Source: Christensenellaceae bacterium (GTDB lineage: Bacteria > Bacillota > Clostridia > Christensenellales > UMGS416). Taken from it: DNA of 64,000 nucleotides. Where the stretch lies: contig OY781093.1 in NCBI GenBank assembly GCA_963676355.1, forward strand, positions 2,195,455 through 2,259,454, read 5' to 3'. Below, in pieces: positions 37,997 to 46,714 of this stretch. Under the pieces are notes generated by a model. It saw only the letters and a program-made list of their open reading frames with translations. It had not been told where the DNA came from and searched no databases. Every line of letters begins with the position of its first letter. The first letter of the stretch is position 1. Made by a program: the position numbers and the translations under genes.

Positions 37997-38025
37997 ATTA
38001 TATTTACTTCACTAAGAAATGTCAA
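37997..38025 (-). promoter_or_regulatory. Consensus sigma-A promoter for the ABC-F leader
   Basis: Minus strand TTGACA (38025-38020), 17 nt, TATAAT (38002-37997). This leaves a 5' leader of about 195 nt. Confidence 0.65.
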
Positions 38026-38054
38026 CTTAATTGATATTTTTAGTCTGTAAATTA

Positions 38055-38063
38055 TGTTATAAT
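38055..38063 (+). promoter_or_regulatory. Extended -10 promoter (TGTTATAAT) for rqcH
   Basis: Read directly from the sequence, about 28 nt upstream of the rqcH ATG. No good -35. Confidence 0.4.
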
Positions 38064-38090
38064 GCCCATAGTAATTTACGAGGTATATTT

Positions 38091-39845
38091 ATGGCACTGG
38101 ACGCAACTACAGTTTACGCACTGGCAAATGAGCTCAACACACAGCTTGAAGATGGAAAGATAGAAAAAGTACATCAGGGCGAGGCGCATCAGCTCACTTT
38201 TTCTGTGCGTGCAAATAGAAAAAGCTTTAAGCTTCTGCTTTCAGCATCTTCATCCTACCCAAGAGTTCACTTAATCAATGAAGCTGCAATGAACCCGCAA
38301 AGCCCACCAATGTTTTGTATGTTGCTTCGCAAAAGGCTCATATCAGGTCGCATAAAATCAGTCGAGCAGATTGATATGGAGCGTATTATAAAGATTACAA
38401 TCTCTTCAAGAGATGAACTCTCGCGCGAAAATACATACTATCTTTATTGCGAGATGATGGGCAGACATTCAAACATTATCCTTGTCGGAGAAGATAACAA
38501 TATAATCGATTCTATCAAGCGTGTAGACGAGTCAAAAAGCCGTGTGCGTCAAATTTTGCCCACGCTCCCATATACACCTCCCCCTGAACTGAATAAGCTC
38601 AATCCAAAATCAATCAGTTCGGATGACATCGAAAGATTTTTAATTAAAAATGCGGATATGACCATACAAAAAGCAATACAATCAAACATTGCCGGCATAT
38701 CCAAAAAATCGTTAATATACATTTACGACGGTAAATATGACATAGACACTCCACTGTCCCGCTATGATGAAGGTGACATAAAAAACATAGCCAAAATAAT
38801 AAATGACTTCTACTCTGCTCTCTTTTCGGAGAAAACAAACTGCTACATGATTTTGGATGAAGCCGACATGGTAAAGGACTTTGCACTTTTACCTAAAGCC
38901 CCACAGATAAGCTATAAGCTATATGAATCACCAAGCCAAATGCTTGATGATTTTTATAGATTGCGCGCTTTAAAGGACAACATTTTGCGACGCACACAAG
39001 CACTTCGCCAACAGGTTAAAACGCATCTTGACCGCTCTATACGCAAGCTTAAGATACAGCAAAACATACTTTTCGATGAGAAAAAACTGGATAAAAACAG
39101 AATATATGGAGAGATTATAACAGCATATGCCTATATGATTCCAAAGGGTGCAAAAGGCGCGGAACTAGATAATTTTTATTCTGAGACCGGCGAGAAAATA
39201 ACAGTTCCGCTTGATCCGAAAATTTCCGCATCCGCAAATGCGGCAAAATATTTCAAAAAATATAAAAAGCTTAAAACAGCAATTAGCCTTGCTCATGACA
39301 GCATCAAAGAAATAACGGCTGAAATAAATTATCTGGACAACACTCTGCACGCCATTGAAAACTGCGACAGTGAAGACCTTGCAATGGAGATACAAAGCGA
39401 GCTTATGGACACAGGCTACATACGCCACTCCAAAAAGAAAACGCAGAGAAAGCTTCCGCCTTCAAAGCCGCACAGGTTTTTGTCATCAGACGGGCACGAG
39501 ATATATGTGGGGCGCAACAACAAGCAAAACGACGAACTTACCATGCGCTTTGCGCGCGCGGATGACATATGGCTGCATACAAAGGATATTCCCGGCTCCC
39601 ATGTTATAATACGCGCAAAAAACAACACCGTGTCTCAAAAAGCCATAAACGAAGGCGCTTTTCTTGCCGCATGGTATTCAAAAGCAAAAAATTCATCAAA
39701 CGTTCCTGTGGACTACACCGAGCGGCGTAACATCAGAAAGCCCAACGGCTCAAAGCCCGGCTATGTGATATTCCTATCAAACTCCACCATAAACGTAACC
39801 TGCACAAAAGAAGGCTTTGCCAATATACAAAAGGAAGATATCTGA
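38091..39845 (+). CDS. rqcH: RqcH / FbpA (NFACT family ribosome quality control protein)
   Basis: Start at MALDATTVYALANEL (GAGG SD). NFACT-N, coiled coil and NFACT-R (DIWLHTKDIPGSHVII). Confidence 0.85.
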   Translation: MALDATTVYALANELNTQLEDGKIEKVHQGEAHQLTFSVRANRKSFKLLLSASSSYPRVHLINEAAMNPQSPPMFCMLLRKRLISGRIKSVEQIDMERIIKITISSRDELSRENTYYLYCEMMGRHSNIILVGEDNNIIDSIKRVDESKSRVRQILPTLPYTPPPELNKLNPKSISSDDIERFLIKNADMTIQKAIQSNIAGISKKSLIYIYDGKYDIDTPLSRYDEGDIKNIAKIINDFYSALFSEKTNCYMILDEADMVKDFALLPKAPQISYKLYESPSQMLDDFYRLRALKDNILRRTQALRQQVKTHLDRSIRKLKIQQNILFDEKKLDKNRIYGEIITAYAYMIPKGAKGAELDNFYSETGEKITVPLDPKISASANAAKYFKKYKKLKTAISLAHDSIKEITAEINYLDNTLHAIENCDSEDLAMEIQSELMDTGYIRHSKKKTQRKLPPSKPHRFLSSDGHEIYVGRNNKQNDELTMRFARADDIWLHTKDIPGSHVIIRAKNNTVSQKAINEGAFLAAWYSKAKNSSNVPVDYTERRNIRKPNGSKPGYVIFLSNSTINVTCTKEGFANIQKEDI

Positions 39846-39892
39846 TTATCATATTTGATTTAAACTAAATGAATTTTTTTGGAGGATTTATT

Positions 39893-40330
39893 GTGAAGAG
39901 AAATAATAAAAAAATAATCTATATAACCCCCTCTGTAGTTATTTTATTGTTAATAGTCACAATTTTAACATGGCAGATTAATACAAAAAATGAAAACTCC
40001 AAACTTAAAAATGACAGTTCAACATCTGATGTTCAGATTGTCAATTTGGACGATTACGAGAACCGAAAGACTTCTTTTACTGAAAAAGAACTGGCTGAGC
40101 TAAAACAGGATCGGATTAGTTCTCAAATTGAAAAAGCTATCATCGGCATGGATAAGGTTTCCACTGCAAAAGTTAAGATTTATTCTGATAACGATGAGAT
40201 TTTTATTGACGTAAAGCTTTTTTTATTCCCAACAAAGAAATTAACAGATTCTGAGTTGGACAATATAAAATTATTCATCGAGAGCTCTTACGAGGTTTCA
40301 CAAAGCAATATTAATATAGCAGTGTTTTAG
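39893..40330 (+). CDS. Membrane-anchored protein with a SpoIIIAH/FliF-type ring-building motif (tentative)
   Basis: GTG at 39893, 6 nt after GGAGGA. N-terminal TM helix. IEKAIIGMDKVSTAKVKIY resembles the RBM consensus (I..l.GV..a.V.i). Confidence 0.4.
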   Translation: MKRNNKKIIYITPSVVILLLIVTILTWQINTKNENSKLKNDSSTSDVQIVNLDDYENRKTSFTEKELAELKQDRISSQIEKAIIGMDKVSTAKVKIYSDNDEIFIDVKLFLFPTKKLTDSELDNIKLFIESSYEVSQSNINIAVF

Positions 40331-40522
40331 CCATTTAATATATTTAAAGATTTATTCTAGAAATATGACTATATGCCGCTTTACCGGCAATCATCACATT
40401 TGTCAAACAAAGGAAAATATTTGATTCTAACAGGATATTAATCTATAATTCGTTGCGGCATATTACTGTAGAGTGTATAATGGCATTAATTCATTATAAT
40501 ATTATAAACAGGAGCATGCATT

Positions 40523-41404
40523 ATGACAGATAAATCGTATCAGTTGTTCACTGACAGCAATAGTGAGCTACCTCTTCAACTTGTCAAGCAGTATGACATC
40601 CCTTACGTTCCGATGCCCTACACTTTAGAGGACACAGAATACTTTTATGACTTGGGAGAGCATACCGACTATAAATCTTTTTTCAATAAAGTACGAGAAG
40701 GCTCGATGCCTTCAACCTCCACCTATCCTCCCACATACTATGAGGATCTTTTTCGCCCATATCTTGAAGCGGGAAAAGACATCTTGTTCTTAGCCTTTTC
40801 TTCTGAACTTTCAGCTGCATACAGCTTTCTTTCAAAGGCAGTAGAAAATTTAGTTGCGGAATTTCCCGAGCGCAAAATAAGAACAGTTAATACATTACGA
40901 ATTTCAGCGCCAATGGCTGTTGTTGTTATAGAGGCATTGGACATGTATAACGATGATAAGAGCCTTGACGAAGTTGCCGACTGGGTAGAAAACAACTATA
41001 AAAGATCACATGGTTATTTCACTGTTGACGATCTAAATCACTTAAAGCGCGGTGGAAGAATATCCCCTGCTGTTGCAGTGGTTGGCACAATGATGAAAGT
41101 TAAGCCTATTTTGTCAATCGACAATAATGGTAAAATAATATCCCTTGAGAAAGCAAAAGGCAGAAAAAAAGCTATTCATAGAATAGTGGAGCTGACAGTT
41201 GAAAACGCTCAAAATCCTGAACAGCACACACTTATGATAGTTCATGCAGACTGCGAAGATGAAGCCTTAAAACTTAAAGAGTTAATCGAAGAGAAAATTA
41301 AGTTTAAAAAAGTTTATCTGCAATATGTCGGGCCTGTTATTGGCTCACACTGTGGTCCAAACACTCTTGCCGCCTGCTTTATGGGCAAAGAATTTTCAAA
41401 TTGA
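40523..41404 (+). CDS. degV: DegV family fatty-acid-binding protein
   Basis: 293 aa, TDSNSELP ... PSTSTYPP ... HCGPNTLA pattern. Confidence 0.85.
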   Translation: MTDKSYQLFTDSNSELPLQLVKQYDIPYVPMPYTLEDTEYFYDLGEHTDYKSFFNKVREGSMPSTSTYPPTYYEDLFRPYLEAGKDILFLAFSSELSAAYSFLSKAVENLVAEFPERKIRTVNTLRISAPMAVVVIEALDMYNDDKSLDEVADWVENNYKRSHGYFTVDDLNHLKRGGRISPAVAVVGTMMKVKPILSIDNNGKIISLEKAKGRKKAIHRIVELTVENAQNPEQHTLMIVHADCEDEALKLKELIEEKIKFKKVYLQYVGPVIGSHCGPNTLAACFMGKEFSN

Positions 41405-41413
41405 GGGGAAAAC

Positions 41414-42535
41414 ATGATTACAATTAAAAAAGTAGAAACTGCAAAAGACCGCAGGTCTTTTGTCAACTTTTTCTTTGACTTATATAAAGGAAATAAATAT
41501 TGGGCACCGCCCTTTCGCGACAACGAACGTAACATTATGGTTAAAGAAAAAAATCCAGCATCCGAGTACTGTGACCATGAGTGGTATCTCGCCTATAAGG
41601 ACGGCAAAGTTGTAGGCCGCGCAGGCGCTATAATAAACCACAAAGCAAATGAAATTTGGAAAACCAAAGCAGTCCGCATCACAAGGTTTGACTTTATCGA
41701 CGATATGGAAGTTTCAAAAGCTCTGCTTGAGCAAGTCGAAAAGTATGGTAAAGAGAACGGCATGACGCAGGTGCAGGGTCCGCTTGGTTTTACTGACTTT
41801 GATTTTGAAGGTCTTTTGATTGAGGGCCACAAAGAGCAGGATGTATTGGTGACGCTATACAATCACGATTATTACATGAAGCACTTTGACACGCTTGGCT
41901 TTAAAAAGGACGCCGACTGGGTGGAATATCAGGTCAAGGTAACCGAAAAAGCATCGGAGCTTTTGTCTAAAATATCGCAGATAGTTGAAAAGCGCGGAGA
42001 ATACAAGCTTTTGGAGTTCACAAAGATAAGTCAGGCAAAAAAATACCTCCCTGAAATGTTTGATGTTTGGGAAGAGGCATATAAGGAGCTTTACGGAGCA
42101 ACCCCGCTTACAAAAAAACAGATAGACCTTTTGATAAGGGATAATATTTCGTTTGCCAATCCGCACTTTGTGAAGCTTGTCGCCGACAAAGACGGCAAAA
42201 TAATTGCTTTCGGTTTATGCTTCCCGTCTTTTACCAAGGCCGCCCGAGCCGCTAACGGAAATCTTTTGCCCACAGGAATATTCCACTTTCTTCATGCGAG
42301 AAATCATATCGAAGTGCTGGATTTATATCTGGTAGGTGTTATTCCCAAGCTTCAAGGCATGGGCGTTAACGCAATAATTATGGATGCTATTATGAAATCC
42401 GCCGAGAAGTTCGGCGTAAAATATGCGGAGACGACTTCCGAGCTTGAGACAAACACTCAGGTTCAGTCTCAGTGGAAGTACTTTGAAAAGCGTCAGCATC
42501 GCCGCAGGCGAAGCTATATAAAGGATATTAACTGA
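41414..42535 (+). CDS. Large GNAT-like N-acetyltransferase family protein
   Basis: 373 aa. N-terminus MITIKKVETAKDRRSFVNFFFDLYKGNKYWAPPF and GVIPKLQGMGVNA (acetyl-CoA loop) match a widespread Firmicutes/Bacteroidetes GNAT family of about 370 aa. Confidence 0.6.
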   Translation: MITIKKVETAKDRRSFVNFFFDLYKGNKYWAPPFRDNERNIMVKEKNPASEYCDHEWYLAYKDGKVVGRAGAIINHKANEIWKTKAVRITRFDFIDDMEVSKALLEQVEKYGKENGMTQVQGPLGFTDFDFEGLLIEGHKEQDVLVTLYNHDYYMKHFDTLGFKKDADWVEYQVKVTEKASELLSKISQIVEKRGEYKLLEFTKISQAKKYLPEMFDVWEEAYKELYGATPLTKKQIDLLIRDNISFANPHFVKLVADKDGKIIAFGLCFPSFTKAARAANGNLLPTGIFHFLHARNHIEVLDLYLVGVIPKLQGMGVNAIIMDAIMKSAEKFGVKYAETTSELETNTQVQSQWKYFEKRQHRRRRSYIKDIN

Positions 42536-42540
42536 TTGCC

Positions 42541-42571
42541 AAAGCCGCTCGATGAGCGGCTTTATTTTTTT
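42541..42571 (+). terminator. Rho-independent terminator
   Basis: AAAGCCGCTC-GATG-AGCGGCTTT followed by ATTTTTTT. Confidence 0.85.
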
Positions 42572-42736
42572 CATTTTCTCACTCTTTTAAATTCCAAAAA
42601 TTTCAGAGTAAGCAATTTGGTCATTTTTTCAATACACTCTTAAACTCACCGACAAATATCGCTTTTCTTAAAATGCTATTTTTGATAAGATAATTATGCA
42701 ATTATAAATATAAGCATCTTTGAAAGGTGAATTACA

Positions 42737-43261
42737 ATGACTTATATAGCACTATTTAGAGGAATAAATGTTGGCGGTAACAATAAAGTAGATATGAAGA
42801 AGCTAAAAAGCATTCTGGAGGACATAGACTACACAAATGTGAGTACTTATCTGAACTCAGGAAACGCTATATTTGATTCCAGTAAAACTCTTGAAGAGAT
42901 TTATAAAGATTTTTCCGAAGTTATTCTGAATGAGTTTGGTTTGGATGTTCCTATTCTTATTAAAAGCAAAGATGAGATTAAAAAAATTGCATCTACAATA
43001 CCTGAAAAATGGCAAAACAACAAGGAAGAAAAGACTGATGTAGCTTACCTGTTTCCCGAAATAGATTCGCAAGATATTTTAGACAAGCTTCCTATAAAGA
43101 AAGAATTTATTGAACTTATTTATGTTAACGGAGCGGTTATTTGGCATGTTATGAGAACAGACTATAATAAAAGTCAATTAAATAAAATCGTCGGTCAAAA
43201 ATTATATAAATTGATGACAGTAAGAAATGTTAATACCGCCAGATTTCTAGCTAGGGATTAG
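42737..43261 (+). CDS. DUF1697 domain protein
   Basis: MTYIALFRGINVGGNNKV... is the characteristic DUF1697 N-terminus. Confidence 0.75.
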   Translation: MTYIALFRGINVGGNNKVDMKKLKSILEDIDYTNVSTYLNSGNAIFDSSKTLEEIYKDFSEVILNEFGLDVPILIKSKDEIKKIASTIPEKWQNNKEEKTDVAYLFPEIDSQDILDKLPIKKEFIELIYVNGAVIWHVMRTDYNKSQLNKIVGQKLYKLMTVRNVNTARFLARD

Positions 43262-43427
43262 TTTTGCTTGTTGTCTTTGCTTCGCTCCCCGAGTGTCGCC
43301 TTGGTTATAAATGCTTGTTATATAAAAATGATAACGGAGGGGAGCTGTCGTCCGAATGATGACTGAGGCATTCGGGCACTTATTCTTTCAATTATCTATT
43401 GAAATATATTAAATCTAGGAATTCCCA

Positions 43428-44915
43428 TTAATTTTCTTTTTTGCATTCAAAATCGATTAAGAACGCTATATATGTCAACAACAAAAATACAAGTGTGTAT
43501 GAATCTAATTTAGTTTTAGCTTCAATTATACTAGAGATATAATCATCCTCAATATCTTCAATATTTATCGGTTTGTGAGTTATTGAGTTTCTTAAATCCA
43601 TTAATTGTCCAATTTCTTTAAAATAGCTTGTATTATTAAAATTATTTAATATTCCAATATAATTGGTAACTTCTCTGAAATTTGGTTCATTGTGTTTATA
43701 CATATCTTTCTTTTCGAATAAATACTTCAAAGAGTATAGTTTCTCATCATCATTATCTTCCTTGATATAATCTAATATTGCGTATGATATTTTATCCAAC
43801 ATATTAAACTTTTGAGAAACTTTATATAGCACCTCATAGCTATCACTATCAGAAAAACAGTAATTGTGTTTCATTTCTTCGTATATATGGTAGAGAGAAT
43901 CCGAAAACACAAATTTCGCTATAATATCCCATTCAAATATATATTTTTTCAAATCACAGTAAGTATCTTTTAACAGATCCATATTGACTTTATACGTTGT
44001 TGAACCATTCCTTGTGAACTCTAAATATTCGGGAATGTTATTTGAAAACTTTTTTATTTTATACAGCATTTCATTAACAAATTCTTCATTTACTATATCA
44101 GGAGCTTCTTCGTGTGCATAAGATAATTTATACATTATTAAATTTAATCTATATCTACAATTCATTTCAATTGTTAGCAGCATCTCATCTGGGCAATTAT
44201 TTCTAAATTTCATTAAATAATAATCAGCTGTCAGATAAGAAATTTCTAATTGTATAGAATTATATATATCTAATTTTACCTCACAAATCTTTTCAAAATC
44301 TTCTATTAACATTAGAGATAATAACGGCGTAATATGCGATATATTATTAAACAAATTTATCTTAATATTCAGATATAAAGACGAAAATCTTGCATCCTCT
44401 TTTAGCGACAACTGTGATATTTCATTTTCAGCAAGTATAAAATACTTATTTGATTTTGTAGCTAATTTAATTTTGTCATCATTAATCCGTTTTTCTTCTT
44501 CTGCCTTTACTTCTACTAAATTATCATTATCCTGTGGGTGTATTCCATGTTCTATCTTCTTCTCACATATTATGGATACCCTATACTTTTTACGATAATC
44601 AAATAATTTTGAATAATATGTTGCAATATAAAAATAAAGTGAAGCATTTTCATAATGAGTTAGTTGATTACATGATAAAAATTGTTGTATATTATCGATT
44701 TCACTTTCTATTGTTTCATACATGTCAACAACATGATATATGGTTTCTAAACTTTGTCTCAGTATATTGTTGAACCTATTACGAATTTCTTGACATTCAG
44801 GTGTCAGCAAGTCTTCAATACTTTTCGAATTACTATATGAATCTTTTTTTAAACAACATTTTTTAAACTTCTTACCACTACCACATGGGCATGGCTCATT
44901 TCTTCCTATTTTCAT
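43428..44915 (-). CDS. SEC-C motif protein with a C-terminal HEPN-like RNxxxH motif; candidate toxin/defence effector
   Basis: Start taken at the ATG at 44915 ([21 protein letters not shown] is the SEC-C zinc motif). LRNSITH at 43592-43575 (R446/H451 in track numbering). Hydrophobic C-terminal helix [17 protein letters not shown]. Strikingly AT-rich. Confidence 0.55.
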   Translation of the reverse strand: MKIGRNEPCPCGSGKKFKKCCLKKDSYSNSKSIEDLLTPECQEIRNRFNNILRQSLETIYHVVDMYETIESEIDNIQQFLSCNQLTHYENASLYFYIATYYSKLFDYRKKYRVSIICEKKIEHGIHPQDNDNLVEVKAEEEKRINDDKIKLATKSNKYFILAENEISQLSLKEDARFSSLYLNIKINLFNNISHITPLLSLMLIEDFEKICEVKLDIYNSIQLEISYLTADYYLMKFRNNCPDEMLLTIEMNCRYRLNLIMYKLSYAHEEAPDIVNEEFVNEMLYKIKKFSNNIPEYLEFTRNGSTTYKVNMDLLKDTYCDLKKYIFEWDIIAKFVFSDSLYHIYEEMKHNYCFSDSDSYEVLYKVSQKFNMLDKISYAILDYIKEDNDDEKLYSLKYLFEKKDMYKHNEPNFREVTNYIGILNNFNNTSYFKEIGQLMDLRNSITHKPINIEDIEDDYISSIIEAKTKLDSYTLVFLLLTYIAFLIDFECKKEN

Positions 44916-45065
44916 AGCACTTCTCAATTTCTTAATATTTTAACATGCATTACTAATACTTTATCACAGTCTGCTTATTTATACTATTTCAACATGAGAC
45001 AACTATTAAAACTATTTTCCATTATTTCCACCACCTGACGATGGTTAATAATCTATATAATTAAG

Positions 45066-45088
45066 GAAAAACCGCCTCTCAGCGGTTT
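45066..45088 (-). terminator. Rho-independent terminator of the pyr operon
   Basis: Minus strand AACCGC-TGAGAG-GCGGTT followed by TTTTT. Confidence 0.8.
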
Positions 45089-45119
45089 TCATAAACTATA
45101 TTTAATTGCACATCACTCT

Positions 45120-45791
45120 CTAAAAAACACAATACTTCTCCATATACGCTTCCATCTTCGCCCGCATAGCATCATCAATAATAACTTTGCCATCCACTTG
45201 TCTATTATGCAGATAGGTTATAATATCCAAAGTATTAACTATTGGATAAGTATCAATGCCGAAATCATCTTTTATCTCCTGAATGGTGGTTTTGCCCCCC
45301 TGTCCGCGTTCCATGCGGTCAACAGAAATAATGACGGAAGTAACGTCCACATCAGCGATGCTTTTAAGAAGAGGCACGCTTTCGCGAATGGAGGTACCGG
45401 CAGTTACGACATCTTCGATGATGACAATCTTGTCGCCATCCTTAGGTGCGTAGCCGATGATGTTGCCGCCTTCACCGTGGTCTTTTGCCTCTTTGCGGTT
45501 AAAGCAATAAGGTGTGTCAATTCCATATTTTGTAAATAACGCAGTTGCGGCAGCAATCGAAAGAGGTATGCCTTTGTATGCCGGTCCGTACAGCGCATCA
45601 AAATCATCACCAAGATTTTCTTTTATACACTCGGCATAATATTCGCCAAGCTTTGTAATCTGCATGCCTGTTTTGTATCTGCCGGTGTTCACGAAGTAAG
45701 GCGTTTTGCGTCCGCTTTTTGTCGTAAAATCGCCAAATGTCAAAACATCCGAGCGCACCATGAATTCTATAAATTCCGCTTTATAATCCAT
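45120..45791 (-). CDS. pyrE: Orotate phosphoribosyltransferase
   Basis: Start at MDYKAEFIEFM (GGGAGAA SD). PRPP motif VIIEDVVTAGTS. Confidence 0.9.
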   Translation of the reverse strand: MDYKAEFIEFMVRSDVLTFGDFTTKSGRKTPYFVNTGRYKTGMQITKLGEYYAECIKENLGDDFDALYGPAYKGIPLSIAAATALFTKYGIDTPYCFNRKEAKDHGEGGNIIGYAPKDGDKIVIIEDVVTAGTSIRESVPLLKSIADVDVTSVIISVDRMERGQGGKTTIQEIKDDFGIDTYPIVNTLDIITYLHNRQVDGKVIIDDAMRAKMEAYMEKYCVF

Positions 45792-45802
45792 AATTTCTCC
45801 CA

Positions 45803-46714
45803 TCAAACTTCCAATGCTCCGATTATCTCATTCACATCTTTAATATTGTGCTTTTCCATATACTCTTCTATTCCGGAAACAACGCTCAGCATCCCCATAG
45901 GATCAACTAAGTTCAAGCTTCCGCACATCACAGCGGTAGCGCCGCACAGCATAAACTCAACAGCGTCTCTGCCAGTCATAATTCCGCCCATTCCGATTAT
46001 TGGTATGTCAATAGATTTGGATACCTGATATACCATTCTAAGTGCTACAGGCTTCACAGCAGGGCCTGAGAGCCCTCCTGTAACATTCGATAGTATCGGA
46101 CGCTTGCTGTCTGCATCAACAGCCATACCCAGCAAAGTGTTTATAAGCGAAACGCCATCCGCTCCAGCTTCCTCAGCCGCTTTTGCATTTTCTGCTATAT
46201 CCAAAGTGTTTGGAGTCAGTTTTACTATCATTGGCTTTTTCGCATAAGATTTTGTCTGTTTTACAACATCAAATACCGTCTCAGGTTTTGCTCCAAAAGC
46301 CACTCCACCCTCTTTAACATTAGGGCACGATATATTAAGCTCCAAAAAGTCGATTACATCCACTTCATTCAGCTTTTCAATCACTTGAATATATTCATCC
46401 AAAGTACTTCCCGCAACATTCGCAAAAAGTGCCGTTTTTGCCTTTTCTAAAAAAGGAACTTCTTTTTCAATAAAAGCATCCACTCCGGGGTTTTGAAGTC
46501 CGACTGCATTAAGCATGCCCGATGGTGTTTCAGCTATTCTTGGCGGTGGATTGCCTAATCTCTTTTTTGCAGTAACCGCTTTGAGTGATATTCCACCTAT
46601 TTCCGATAACTTGTATTGCATCATCATTTGGCGCCCAAAGCCATAGCATCCAGATGCCGCTATAACAGGATTATTAAGCGTCTTTCCACAAAGATTTACA
46701 CTTAAATTCTTCAT
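45803..46714 (-). CDS. pyrD: Dihydroorotate dehydrogenase B, catalytic subunit
   Basis: Class 1B pattern (ASGCYGFG, NISCPN, IGMGGI). Confidence 0.9.
   Translation of the reverse strand: MKNLSVNLCGKTLNNPVIAASGCYGFGRQMMMQYKLSEIGGISLKAVTAKKRLGNPPPRIAETPSGMLNAVGLQNPGVDAFIEKEVPFLEKAKTALFANVAGSTLDEYIQVIEKLNEVDVIDFLELNISCPNVKEGGVAFGAKPETVFDVVKQTKSYAKKPMIVKLTPNTLDIAENAKAAEEAGADGVSLINTLLGMAVDADSKRPILSNVTGGLSGPAVKPVALRMVYQVSKSIDIPIIGMGGIMTGRDAVEFMLCGATAVMCGSLNLVDPMGMLSVVSGIEEYMEKHNIKDVNEIIGALEV

Noticed and set aside
40371-40463. 9-bp long-range inverted repeat (ATATGCCGC ... GCGGCATAT) upstream of degV
   Set aside because: A single 9-bp match across about 90 nt in an intergenic region is within chance expectation. 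The 3' arm simply overlaps the degV promoter -35 region.
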